A DNA stretch of 64,000 nucleotides from the NCBI GenBank assembly GCA_039621445.1, contig CP154954.1, positions 42,592,632-42,656,631 on the forward strand, read 5' to 3'. The notes beneath the pieces are model-generated. The model saw nothing but the letters and a program-made list of their open reading frames with translations, was not told where the DNA came from and did no database searches. Origin of the DNA: Euglena gracilis. Lineage: Eukaryota. A program made the translations under genes and the position numbers. Positions 36,840 through 49,627 of the stretch are shown here, in pieces. Numbering within the stretch: the stretch's first letter is position 1; each line of letters begins with the position of its first letter.

Positions 36840-37106
36840 CAGGGGTTTTTTTAAGACTGGTGGGGGTCCCCCCCCAACCCACCCACCCCCTGGGGGGCCC
36901 CCCCCGGGGAGGGGGTCCCGGGGGACCCACAAAAAATGGCCGAAAAAACCGCGAAAAATGTTAAAAATAGCATTTTTTTCGGCGCCTTTGGCGCTGAAAA
37001 GTATATCCCACCCCCCTCTGGGGGGACCCCCCCCGGGGGGGGGGGCTCGGCCGGACCCACCCACCCTGCCCCCCCCCCCGGGGGTCCACGACTAAAAAAA
37101 CCCCTG
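36840..37106. mobile_element. hAT-like MITE
   Basis: CAGGGGTTTTTTTA / TAAAAAAACCCCTG; perfect TSD CACGGGGT. Confidence 0.88.
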
Positions 37107-39780
37107 CACGGGGTAGACAAAAATTACGTTAGCCAACGATTACGTTAAGAAAATCACGGTAAAAAGATCGCCAAATAACAAAGAACAGTACTAACAAGCT
37201 GTCGAATGCTGAAATTACCAAAATTATTTCTCCGCTTTTCATTGAGTAACCGGGACAAATTCAGGTTATTCTCCTCAAAAATGACATTAAAAATCAATAT
37301 TTGCCAACATTTATTCGCCTTTTTATTATCATTTTTGTCATTCTGTTTGTCATTTTCGGTCCATTTTCGACCGTTTTGGCCTGAGGCTTCATGGAAGAGG
37401 GTGTGGGAAACTTATACCAGCCGAAAATGATGGCAAACTGTGGTAAAATTTGGGTACTTTACTAAAATCTTGATCTGGCATAACTCCATAATAATACTAT
37501 CGCCCTGCATGAATATGAATATGTCTGTGTGTGCATTTGAAGTTTTTGTGTATGCGTATACATTTGTGATATTTGTACATGCATGGTCCAAATGACAGCT
37601 TCCTGATGGGGGGTGTGACAGCCAGATGACACGGGGTGGAAAATGACGACGCTTTTGCAGTTCCAAGCTTCTACTACATTTTTTTCTTGATGATAAAACA
37701 CACAGGTGTCATTTTTGAAACCTTCCATAAATTTTGTGTCCAACGCCATTCCCCCCAACGTAGCAACCCAGAGGGTACAAGACTCAATGGCCGAGGTGAC
37801 AGATTTCTGGCGGGAAGGTGGATCTATAGAATTTTATGAAAATATGAGGAAAAATACATTTTCCAAAAATTCAAAATAATGCAAAAAACACAACAATGAG
37901 CGACCACATAATTAGGAAAATCAAAAAAATTACAAAATGTGCCGCGATTTCCAGAATTGCGAAAACCCCAAAATGCACCGACACAAATTGAAAAAAAAAT
38001 GCACAAAAATGCGAAAACTGCGCCGCGATTTCCCCCCGGTTCATTCTGGATTTTTTTTTTCAGCAATCAAAGAAGGTGACGGACGGGGAGGTACAACAAC
38101 GCACCTCAAAATAAGCAAAAAAAAGCCAGAATGCCAAAATGCAAAGATGCAAACACATGTAAATTTCTTAAGGACCTACCCTGACGGTACACATTTCTTG
38201 AAAAGACATGGAAAACTGTTCATATTCTTCTTAGAATGGGTTTAAAAGCCATTCAAAATTTTTAAAAATGAATTAAAACCTGAATTTTGGGGGAGAATTC
38301 TGCCTTAAAAAATAAGTAGATTTGAGGTCAGTCAATTTGTTAACATGGGGTCTGGAGGACTCTCGAAGGCCTGAAAAGGTATTGGGGGTTTGCCTTCCTT
38401 TAGAGCAGTTTTAAATTAAACATTCAGCTTTTGAAGGTTGGGGCATTTTTTTGAAGTCCTGGGTTTGGTTAGCATTTACATACTCTCTCTGCCTCTCGCA
38501 TCCTGGTTCTCACCCCTCCTCCCCCCCTTCCAATGATGCATGTGGCTGGAGGTTAAACAAACCCCACCTGACCAAAGGTCGCCGGGGGGGAGTGGGGTTG
38601 GGGGTGGCGTGGGGGGCCGCCGGGGGCGGTCAGGCACCCCCATCGCCGGCAAAACACACAACAGAAGAACAGCACCGGGCCGGGGGAACGACAGACAAAT
38701 ATTGCGGGAAGGGGGTGCCGCCAGGGGACGATGAAAAGGCAGGGGGGGTGGTGGGTCAGACCCCCCCGGCCAAGGAGGTGGGGGACACCCCCCCCCCCCA
38801 CCTGCACACTGCTGCAGTCATGACGACCCATTTTCGGCTCAGCCGAAAATTTTTTGCCACCCAAACTCGACCCAAAAGGTGGGTTTGGGCATTTTCTGGC
38901 AAAAATTTGTCGAAACTGCAAAGCTTTTTTGGGCACAAAACACCAGAACTTAAAAAAAACAGACCTTTTTTGGGGGGGGGCCTGTTTGGACCCCCTTGGC
39001 AGGTGCGGGTGGTCCGGACCCACCTGCTGTAAAAGAGGGTTGGGAAATGGGGGGTGTCCCCCTGCCATGACAACCGCCTTGTATCGAACCCTGGTGCTGC
39101 CTCTGAGGTGAATGGCACCTTGTCACAAACCAGCCACTGGGGAAACAGACAGACAAAGCACCGCTGGAGGCTCCACGGGTTTCGCACGTGTGCCTGGCTC
39201 AAAGAATGCAGAGGCCTTTGAATGATAGGCCATTGGAGCTTGCCCACCTCCCCACTTCCGGATTTTCACTTCATGAGGCGTGGGAGATATGGAGCAGCCC
39301 CCCAGAGCTTCTCAAAACCGACAGTTTGGGACCTCCTCAGAACCTCCAGAGAGCTCCTTCTCCTGGACATAAAACACGAAAGAGATCAGAAATGTCTTCT
39401 TGGGACAAAAAGGCATCCATCCAGCTGGCTGGAGGGCACGGAATCCTTCCTCTGCTTGGGGGTCCAGCCAGAACCTCTCAACCAAAATCGCCTTGGGAAT
39501 GCATTGAAAATGATCAATGGCATTCCTACGGGCCAACTTTCACAACAGTGCGTGGCTGTCCTTTTCATGGATTTTCTCTAACCCAATGCACCAGTTTCCC
39601 TTTTGTGGTTTCTGCACTATTTTTTGGCGATCTTCCCCCTGTCTGGAGGAGGGTGACAAAATAACCGGTGTGAGGCACCAGACCACATGTTTGACGATCA
39701 GCCAAATTCTCTTCGCAGCAGCCGGAAACCTGAGGTCCAGAGGGTTGCATATGAAGTAGCAACGTACAGGGGACTGTCGG

Positions 39781-42700
39781 TCAGGGGCAGTCTTCGTCGA
39801 TGACGTCCGCGGCGTGCCGTTCGCGTACCGGGGAGAGGCGAGCCGGCTCCAGCCTCGCCATGGAGTTGGTGAGCGGCACGCGGCACACCCTGTCACACAC
39901 CACGCTGGTCGCAGCAAGGATCCAAAAATAATAAGAAATTCTTGTAAACCCCCCTCCCAAATAACACCCTCCATGGGTATTATTTATCCGCCCGACGTCT
40001 CCGCCCGAGGGTGGGTATTATTTGGGTGGATTATATTCCTTTAACATTTTCGAAAATCCATGCGACCCAAAATAACACACAAAACCACCCTTTTGGCCAT
40101 TTTCTGCACTTTTGGACATTGTCAACCACATTTTCAGTTGAAAATAAAAGTTGGCACCCACATTTTTCAGGTGAAAATCGAAGTTAGCAGCACAAAATCA
40201 GGGGGATGGTGGATATTATATTTTTCGGTTGAAGTCGGAGCCCAAGGGGGGGGGTATTGTTTGGGGGGATTAACTGCCGCAAGATGTTTTTTTTTAAGTA
40301 ATTCTGAACGGTGGGTCAACGCCGCCAAAAAAATAGAACTACACAAATAATAAAGATCAAAACGTCAGAAATGCTCAGCAGCCGCAGAAGGACAGGTTTA
40401 AAATTTCACTCAAAATTTTGCAATAAACCTTTCACCCCAATTCTGCTTTCACTTCCTTTGCCCTGTTGCTCTTGGCCATCTTACACTCCACTCCTTTCAA
40501 GCCCAACACAAAGGCACACCGGGTCGGGCTGTGTGGGCTGCTCGGCTGAGACGTGTCCTGGGCCGGGCGGTCCCCTGCTTTCTGCAATGAAGATGCACAT
40601 GAACTTGTGCATGGACGTGTGAAAGCACACAGGCGCGCAGCCACAGGTGCAATCTGAACATTTTCCCGTTTGGACTGAAGGTGTAAAGCCGGTGGGCCAA
40701 CCTTGAGGGGCCAAGTTTTGTCATCCTGAGAATCTCGGGACAATAAGAAAAAATGGGACAAAAAACCTTAAAAAGCGCGGCCAAGGTCGCAAGATAAAGC
40801 CCAGACCAAATGGACAACTTTGCATGAAAGGAGGAGGGGAGCCAAGCACCAGGGGGGGAGGTATAGCACGCACACAAAGAAGAAACGGGTTGGAGGGAAC
40901 TGTATGAACTCTGATGCACATTGGAGCAGTCATAATGTGTGGAGTGTGCGTGCCCAGCGTGGGGAGGGAGGTGAGCCACATGCCTTCTGCGTTGCCTTTG
41001 CCAGCCGTTTGTCGCGGGCCTCCAGCCACTCATGCTCGTAGGAGTGGCTGAGGAGGTCCCCGATGGGACACGCGGCCCTCCGTTGCATCTTCGCGTTACG
41101 GATCCCCAAGGTTCGAGAGGAGACCAAACCGTTTCCCGCTATGACTTCTCCGCCACAACCCCCGTGGGCTTTTGGGTCCGGTTTGTGGGTTCGGCGCAGG
41201 GGAGCGTTGCAGGTGGGGCGGTTGACAACTTCGGGGGGGGGGGGGGCTCGGCCTGAGAGGCACAAATAAGGCAGGTGGAAGCCCCCTGGAGCAGGCCAAA
41301 CAACAGCAAGGGAATCCTGCAAGGGGGGCTGCGCTCAGGTGGCTCCACTGGTCGAGGACAGGCCATTGCTTAAGGACCCCGTGGGGTCCACTGGCTGTAG
41401 TCTGGTGGACCTGGCACTGGCTCTGGCCTAGTGGCTGGGGTCCACAAGGATTTCCGCCAGCCAAATTTGGACTGGCTGCAGTCCAGCCCCCCCCCCCCCT
41501 GGGGTAGTGCGAACCTGTAAGCAATAGACTGGTCGAGGAGCCCCGTAAGTGTGGTCGACGTCCTGTTTGGTGGGGCACTGTGGCAGCACAGCGAGAGCGA
41601 CAAGGCAGGCGGGGGGAACAGGATGTCCTGCCACAGCTCAACTCTGGGAATGAAGTAGAACGAGCCCGGCAGCCTCCATGCCAAACGTTCAGCGTCTTAG
41701 GCGGCCGAATTCGCACTTAAGGGTTTTTCCTTTAGAATTTGCGCATTTGCGCAAATGCGCAAATTTTGCGAAAATCGTGGACCCTGTACCCTGACACAGG
41801 GATAACAGATTATGAGCTGTGACACTCCTGTATTGAAGGGGATTAACTCCCAGTGGTTTGATGTAAATGCTGCTTACCAAGCGACCTGGATATGGCTGAG
41901 GGTGAGAGTGGTGCTCTTGTACATCAAACGGGAGGGAGGCACACACCCTGTGTTACGACACTTGGAAATGGTGCTGACGTGCTGGCTGAACTGACTTGGA
42001 TACTACCGCCACCGGTAAGAACACACAGAGCCTCATTAGATCACACACCACAGACAACGTCAGCCAGCCATCACGCAACTGATGTGCGTTTATGGGCGCA
42101 TTTGCGCAAATAAAAACAATTGTGTTTGTGGGCGCATTTGCGCAAATAAAACGTAAACCGATGACGATAAAATGATGTGTTTGTGGGCGCAAATGCGCGC
42201 ACAAACAAATTCTTTTGACACGCGCATTTGCGCAAATGCGCGCACAAACATAATTGTGTTTATTTGCGCAATTGCGCGCACCAACACGCCCATCACGTTT
42301 AAAAACCTCGTAGGGTCATGGTCCTCATTGGTGTCTTTTAACATAGAAAATAAAAATACATGTTGGTGTGCACAAACATTTAATAAACCGCTTTAAAATG
42401 ATGTGTTTGCAGGAGCCTTAGAGCACACAAACAAAGTTGTGTTTATTTGCGCAAATGCGCGCACCAACACACATCAGTTGTGCGATACCATCTCCTCCTC
42501 CGTGACAGCTGACGAACGCAATTCCTCCGTGGTGATGAAATTTGTGGTAAGAGGTGGTGTGGAGTGTTCACTGGAACACGGCATGTGACTAGCCAAAATT
42601 TGCCTGTTTTACGTGTGTACATTTGCACTGTTGTTACCCGCCCGAACGGCCTGTTGTTTTTGACGTCATCTGTTTAGCAGTTAAACGTCATGAATTGATG

Positions 42701-45700
42701 ACGTGCAAACGACCTGTGACTGTTCGACTCCTTTTCTGCAACAGGACTGCGTTACAAGAAGACAAAATTTGGCACCTGAAATGCCCGGGACGTGTCCGGC
42801 CGGAGTCCGTTTTATGGTTTTCTTTGCCATTTTTCCCTTGAAAAATGTAAAAAAACACCAGTTTTTGTGCATAATTTGGGGGGAGTGAGTCCCACCGCTT
42901 TGATGCACCCAATGCAGTGGTAAAGCTTCAAGGCTTCCTTGCACCCAAAGTAACGGGTGTTTGAGGGCTACCTTTCTCCAGCTGCTGGTTGCCATGCACT
43001 GGCACCACGTCGTCCCCCCAGTCTTACACCCCAGTTGCGGGGAATAACGTGGCCGCTGTGGTGGGTGTTGTTGCACCGGGGAGGTCGATGCCGGTCTGGT
43101 GGGTGCTGAAGCATCAGCAGCTGATGTGGCTGCAACAGCGGAGCCGAGGCCGCAGGCCAGCGGCAGGGCCCTTGGGACCCAAAAATTGGTGCCAGTGGAC
43201 GTGCACCGTTACTGGGTGGCTGTGAACCCACCTTCAAGAGATCCTATGTCTCCATCTTTTGTGGGACCTGTCAATGGTAAAAAAACAGCGCAATAACACC
43301 ATATGCTGGAGAAGACGGTGTGTTCATTTGGGTTGAACCCATTCAGAAGCCACTAAGGGTAGCTGTAGGAGGGCCAAATGAAATCGCTTTTTACTTCTCC
43401 ATTGGTGGTTTATTTGCGCATTTGCGCGCATCACGTTGTTTTGTGGGCGCAAATGCGCAAATAAACATTATAAATTGTGCAGTTTCTTCATGCAGTTTAT
43501 TTGCGCATTTGCGCCCACAAACAACGGGATGCGCGCAAATGCGCAAATAAACCACATCTGCTGTCGGTGTTTGACAATTATGTTTCCGTCACACCGTTCT
43601 TCTTTGTGTTTATTTGCGCAAATGCGCAAATAAACAAAGAACATGTTTATTTGCGCATTCGCGCAAATGCGCGCATAAACATAATTTGTGTTTGTGCGCG
43701 CATTTGCGCCCATAAGCTTGCGCGTTGACAAACACTGTGACAAGCCCACCAACTGGACGGCCCATTGGTCCATGCCGTCACGGCCCCTATGTCACGCCGT
43801 TTATCAACAGCGTCAGTTCATGGGTGCCAAAGCCCAATCCCTGAAGGACATGTTTATGTTTATTTGCGCAATTGCGCAAATAAACACAAACGTGTTGGTG
43901 CGCGCATTTGCGCAAATAAACACAATTTTGCCCTTCCAGTGTTGGGCTTCTTCCGCTGGGTTCTTTGCCACACAACTGGTTGTGCGGATCCCGGGTATAA
44001 GCCGGGTGTGAGACACCCGTCCCCTTCATTCCCTGCGGACCCTATTCCTTCCCCCCTGCGCTTCCCTTGCCAAACACCCCGCACTTACCCTCCTCTCCCT
44101 TTCGTCCGTCACACCACACCCACACCCCCCGGCACTTCCTCCCCGCACTTTAACAAACAGCCCCAAAACACCACACCAAGGCGCCGCAAGCAAAGCAGTC
44201 CGGCAAACACCCAGGACTCACACCACGGGCAGCTCGGGCACACCCGGGGACACAGCCGAAAGAAGCAACAAGGGCAGGAAAGGTCCCGTTCTTATGGTGC
44301 TTTTTTGCGTTTTTTTTCAGTGTGGGCCGGCAAGGTCCCGGGGGTTTCGACCTACAAAGTCCATTTCCGCACACCCCCAAAACACCATTTTCCGCCAAAG
44401 TCCCGGGGGTCATACCGCCAAAAACAGAATTTCGCTCATTTTTTGCACTCTCTTGTCAACGTGTTTTCAAACCCCCCTGACCTTCACAGCCGAATCAAAG
44501 CAGAATCAAAAAATTCGTAAATTTGCGCAAATGCGCAAATAAAAAGAAAAAAAGCTTAAATGCAAATTAGGCCGCCTAAGAGCGTCGGGTTATGTGAAAT
44601 GTAAGGTGAACAGCTATGTCCCCTTCTGCCGGCCTTGGTTCACTCGTCCGCTTCGTCCATCCAGCAGAACCCACTCATCCTGCGACTCTATTTTTAACAA
44701 AACCTGAGTTCCATCGACCATCGACACCGACGACTCACTTGTCTTTTCGTCCCTTGACCAGCGTGAGACCGTGATCGGGCTTGGGGGCACACGCCTGGCC
44801 CTTCAGCCGCAGCACCATGCCGGGCTTGGTGGTCAGCCGGCAATCGTGAGTGGCCCGGAACTGGGCGACGTCCGAAGCATTGGACGGGAGCCGCTGTTCT
44901 GTGACACGTTTCATGCGGGCAAACGTGTGTGCAGGCGTACAAATGTGCGGATGCGCATGCACAACGTACAAAGCGCTGCTGTGCAAATACACGGAAACAC
45001 GACCCCACGCCGTTCTCTGTTTAAAGAAATGAACTTAATCCCATAAATTTTGTCAGGGTGCCTGTCAGTCCAACAGCCGGCTGGACGGTTGTCCATGGCT
45101 GGCGGTCGGGTCAAAGTTTCACCACTGGACCACACTCGACACCAGCGGTGCGCGCTGGAGGGTCGGGAGGGGGCAGGCAACGGGGGCCCCCTCGGCCACG
45201 CCGCGGTGCACCGCCACCGCGTTCAGCCGCTTGAAGTCCCGCCCGTGGTCCACCACCTCCGGCCGGGGCGGCGGGGCGTGCCACTGGAACATGAGCCTCC
45301 CGGCCCCCTCCGGGTCCTCCTTCGTCCGCGCGCCGAACGTATCACTCGGGGAGCTGCGGGGGCACCGGATGAATGGACGGCTGCCTGCCGGCCATTGGGG
45401 GGGGGGGGCAGATGGGAAGAGGCGCACGTGTGGCACCGAAGGTTCGAGGCCAATCACATGTGTTTAATATTTAATAACACGATAATGTAATATCATATGA
45501 TATAATATGATAATGCAATACGATAATATGCACATTGATTGGGCCGGTGCCGCAACACATGGGGAGGGAGAAATGCACGTCGGCGGGGTTCCGCAGTCAC
45601 CCCTTCGTGGGGGGGGGGGGCAGAGGAGACACACAAGCCGTGGGGCGGCACCAGGCCGAGGGACCGCGACACGCCGACCTCGTTGTGCAGGCGGTTGATG

Positions 45701-45732
45701 ACCGGGTTGTTGCGCGGGTTGTGGGGAGGCAT
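39781..45732 (-). CDS. CFAP77: CFAP77-like (DUF4483) ciliary microtubule inner protein
   Basis: Exons encode MPPHNPRNNPVINRLHNEVGVSRSLGLVPP (ATG 45732), TFGARTKEDPEGAGRLMFQW...GRDFKRLNAVAVHRGV (~45341-45195), SNASDVAQFRATHDCRL (~44885-44795), KRFGLLS and CPIGDLLSHSYEHEWLEARDKR (~41150-40984), 40581-40520, and a last exon ending DVIDEDCP* at 39781. The motif order matches my recollection of the CFAP77 family (NP.I..E.G; FG..DPEGA..W; RDF..LN..AV; FR..HD.R; FG..P..DLL.H.Y..W). Confidence 0.75.
41696..44580. mobile_element. 2885-bp TIR element with 5-bp TSD in a CFAP77 intron
   Basis: TIR CTTAGGCGGCCGAATTCGCACTTAAG / CTTAAATGCAAATTAGGCCGCCTAAG; AGCGT at 41691-41695 and 44581-44585; many ATTTGCGCAAAT palindromes; no recognisable transposase. 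Confidence 0.85.
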
Positions 45733-46417
45733 GCGGGGCCGCTCCGAGCGCAGGCCGGACAAGAAGGATGGCCGGGACCACTGCCGAGGGCCAAACGGGG
45801 ACCAGGGACCACTCGGGGAACGCCACAAATGACCCGACCCAGCAGGAGGGTCTTGAGCGCAGCTCCCACCAGACTTTCCTCCCCCTTCGCAGCTGTGTCT
45901 CCGATTGCGCTATCCCAGAGTCCCCATTGGAGAGCAGACTGGCAGAATGGGGCAGCTAGAGGCATGGCTGTGAGGGGGGTGTCGTTCCTGGCCCAAATCC
46001 ATCCCTTGGGCTTCCCTTGGGCTTCCACCCACGGGGGGGGGTACTGGGGAACTGTTTTGCTGGATTCCTTTGGCCAGGGTGTAGACAGAGAGGACGCTGT
46101 GTTCCCCCCCAAGGCAAACACGCACAGGCAGGACGTTGGGAGAGCTGGGGCTGGGGGACACAGAGTGGCATATGCCGTCGTCTTCTCACCGGATATGTCA
46201 AGGCCGGCCCGGGGGAGTTGGGAGAGGTGTGGGGAGAGGGCGGAGGTGGGGCTCAACCTGGCGGCGAGGGAGGGCCGGGCGGGAGGGACGCCGGGGGACG
46301 GATCAACACAGTGCAGAGCGAGTCGCCGGGGCCCAGTGGCGAGTCGCCCATCGCGGCCGGGACGAGGTCGCCAGCGCGACACAGGGCGACGGCCGGGGGC
46401 GGCACGGGGAGGGGGAC

Positions 46418-49400
46418 TCAGGGCTGGGCCCAGTCCGACCAGGAGCCGGCGTAGTTCGCCACGCGCTGGAAGCCGAGGCGGCGGAGGTGCTTCGCCGCCA
46501 TGTCGGAGCGGACGCCGGAGTGGCGGCGGCGGGGGAGGAGGAGTGCTGGAGCGGCGTGGGGGGGGGGGGGGGGGGGAGACGTTTCACGGCGGCGGTGGCG
46601 GCCCCCAGACTGTCCCGATGTGGTCCGTCCTTCTTGTCACCCCCTCCCCCCTGGCCCCGTGGGGCCCGCGTTGGGAGGAGGGGAGGCCGGGGGGTCCTCC
46701 CTGTGCATCCCAAGGCTTTAGGTGGCGTTTGCCATTAGCCAACGCCCTTCAGGGACCGTGAGACACAATGGGTCCTTCCCCGGCCAGTAGACAATGATAT
46801 CCTCGTCGGAGCTGGGCAGAGTGACGTCGATGGCAAGGCGGCCCAAACTGGAACGATGAAACGAGGAAAAGAGAAACAAATATGCGAATATATATATATA
46901 TATATATGAAAATACACACACACAGACATATGCGAATATATGATATGTGAATATATATGCGAATATATGCGAATATATATATGCGAATAAAATATGCAAA
47001 TGCGTATGCATGGAACGGTGCATTCTTCTTTTTTTTTGTTTGTCAGGTCTGGGGGGCATGGACACAGCTTGAGGTGGATGTGAGGTGTGAATGGGACGTG
47101 CCTGCAACAAATGGGTGCATATGTAAGACACACCAGCAATGAAAATACCCCCCGATCAAAATGAACAATCGGGTGCCAACCCGTTGGGCCTGTCCCTGGG
47201 CAGGGAAGAACGCGTCCCACTGGTCCTCTTCCGCGGCTGTGACTCGCAGCAGAGCCTGGAGCGGCGCCGGCCTTGTGCTCCGCCCCCACTCCCCCACCAC
47301 GGATGCCCCAACCCTCCCCCTTCCCTCCTTCCCCGGAGGAAACTGGCCCTTCCCCTCCTGAAGCAGAAAAAACAGTGCTCCCCATGAAGCAAATGGCTGG
47401 ACTCCACAACACTAAGGTTACCAGCTTCCAGCGTGAGTTGTTAGGTGCTAATTTAAATCGTTTCTGTCAAAAATTGGTGTTTTCACCAATAATTCTTTCA
47501 TTGATAACCACGCGGGTTATACGTGGGGGGGATTTAAAATGAGTGTCTTGTTTCGGCCCCAGGACGGAGGTGGAAAATGTGCACCATTCAGATTAATTCT
47601 TTGAGATTTTTTTTGCAGCACTGTTTGTGGGCGAAAAACACCACCCCTCACAGATTTTGTCTTTATCTCCCTGAGTGAGGGTCGGCACATAAAAATGCAA
47701 TAAATCAGTTTTGGGGGTGGTGTGGTAAATTAAAAAAACAACAACCGGAGCCTTTTTGGGGGGTTGTGAATGTCTGGTTGGTCGGCCTGAGCCCCCCCCC
47801 CCCCCTACATATGACCTCCTTTTGAAAGCCCAAACCAAACCAGATCGCATAAACGTCTTTGGGGTTAAAATACCACGGCACCGGTGTGTGTGTGTGTGTG
47901 TGTGAGTGTAGGGTGTGTGTGTGTGTGTGCATGTTCTGCGCGTGTGCTATGTGCCTGTGTGTATGGTGTGTGTGTTTGTGTGTAGGCGTGGTGTGTTTTT
48001 GTTGTGTGCGTGTGTGCGTTTATGTGCGGGTCTCTCTTTCTCTCTCGTGTGTGTGCGCGCGGGCGGGCGGGCGGGTGGGTGGGTTGCCAAATTCTGGCCT
48101 TGCCTGCAAGCAATGGGCCGGCAGGGACATGCTGGCTGGTCGGAATGGCTCCCTGCTGGACCTCCGCAGGGGTGCGGACGTCCCACAATCAGAGACAGGC
48201 GGCTGGCTTGTGCTTGGTTCACACTTCCGATATGCCCCAGCTTGCTCCAGCATGGACTGGGTCAGAGTTGGGCTGGGAGATGCCTCCATCAGCCGAAATT
48301 CCACTGCCCACTTTGCATATGCGTGTGAGCGTATGAACAGGCTGTATCCAGAGTTGGCTCCCTGTGTGTGGGGGGGGGGCAAGAACTTACCAACCAATGC
48401 AGTGAATATGTAAATGAGTGTGTTGGTGTATGGGTGTATGCATGTGCGCGTGTGCTGTGGGCACATTTGGGTCACCCCCCCAACGGAGTGCGGCATGCGC
48501 AAAAAGCCCGGCCACGTGCCACCTGGCTGGAATGGCTCCTCCCGGTGGCGGCTGATGCGGGCCGTCAACTGGGTTTTGGATACGATGGGGATGGAGCCGT
48601 CGGTTGCTGTTCAGGGCGATTCTGGCAAGACTGAGAAACATCGCTTGGGTGACGTATTGGCCCGCTCCATTTGCAAGGATCAATGAGATTAGAGGAGGAG
48701 GGGGGTTGGGTGCATAGATTCACTTGTGGCCCGGGGGGGGGGTGGGCACTTTTCCCTGGCCCCAACCCACCCACCCACTCTCAAAAACCCACCCCCCGGG
48801 GACGGGTCACACATGTTAAATGAATCTATGGTTGGGTGCCTGGAAACTCTTCTGAAGAAAATTGTCAGGAACACTTTTGGGCAATCGAAATGCAACGAGA
48901 GAAAGAGGGGTTCTCCCAGATGCAGAATTTAAATTTCGTTTGTGGTTCAGGTACTAAATACCCCCCCCCCCTTTAGTTGCACTAAGGCTTCTTGTCTGTT
49001 TATGGCCGGCGCTGACTTCGCTTCTGGCCCAGCTTGCTGTGTGGTGAGTGGCCAGGTACCCCTTACACCAGTGCTCTTTTGTTGCTCCGCCTGGCCGGGT
49101 GAGAGACCCCCCCCCCCCCCCGGGAACTGTCGCCTGACTACCGGGGACCCTAACAACTTCCAACACTGACAGGTTGGCGGTACCAAAGACCTTGACAGTT
49201 TCCGAGGAGGGACTCTGAAAATTTCTCGGGTGGGGGATTTCAAAGGAACATCAATGAAAATGACCCTGACAGGTTGGCTGGTACTGGGAACCCTGACAAT
49301 TCCCACATTGACAAGGTACAGGTTCTCGGGCATGACAGTTTTCTGGGGGTGGGTGAGCAGCATTGAGTATTTTGACACGGGCACGTTCACCAAGGTGACC

Positions 49401-49627
49401 AAGGTAACCAAGGTAACAAAGGTTAACCAACCTTTGCACACAACTGCAGCTCACAGTACTGCGAGTCATCCGAGGCCCAAACTTGTGCCATTCTGCCCGG
49501 CCCCGGCCAGGCCGGCCCCACCGGCGGTGGCCAGCGTGGCGGCGCCGTGCCACAGCGGCCCCAGCAGCGGGCGCAGCGCCGCGAGGCGAGCGGGGCCGAA
49601 GGAGCCGAGGCCCGCCGACAGCGACAT
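46418..49627 (-). CDS. Single-domain rhodanese/sulfurtransferase (TSTD1/Rdl-like), probable mitochondrial presequence
   Basis: Exons encode MSLSAGLGSFGPARLAALRPLL (ATG 49627), DVRTPAEVQQGAIPTSQHVP (~48184-48124), LQALLRVTAAEEDQWDAFF (47262-~47202), LAIDVTLPSSDEDIIVY (~46838-46786) and C-HSGVRSDMAAKHLRRLGFQRVANYAGSWSDWAQP* (46524-46418). DVR.P.E...G.IP, the VYC.SG.RS active-site loop and YxGSW.DW are canonical rhodanese motifs. Small exons between 48.3 and 49.5 kb are unresolved. Confidence 0.9.
46525..46785 (-). other. Non-canonical (euglenid-type) intron in the rhodanese gene
   Basis: Minus strand TAC T|GGC CGGGGAAGGA ... TCCTCCCCCG CCGCC|GC CAC restores VYCHSGVRS. The ends pair at 9/10 positions and there is no AG at the 3' end. 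Confidence 0.8.
47263..48123 (-). other. Non-canonical intron in the rhodanese gene
   Basis: GTC CC|TGC CGGCC ... GGCCG GCGCC|G CTC gives QHVPLQALL, with a GCCGGCC/GGCCGGC stem. Confidence 0.65.
48713..48830. mobile_element. 118-bp MITE (short member of the 19673 family)
   Basis: TIR CATAGATTCA / TGAATCTATG; perfect TSD GTTGGGTG. Confidence 0.85.
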
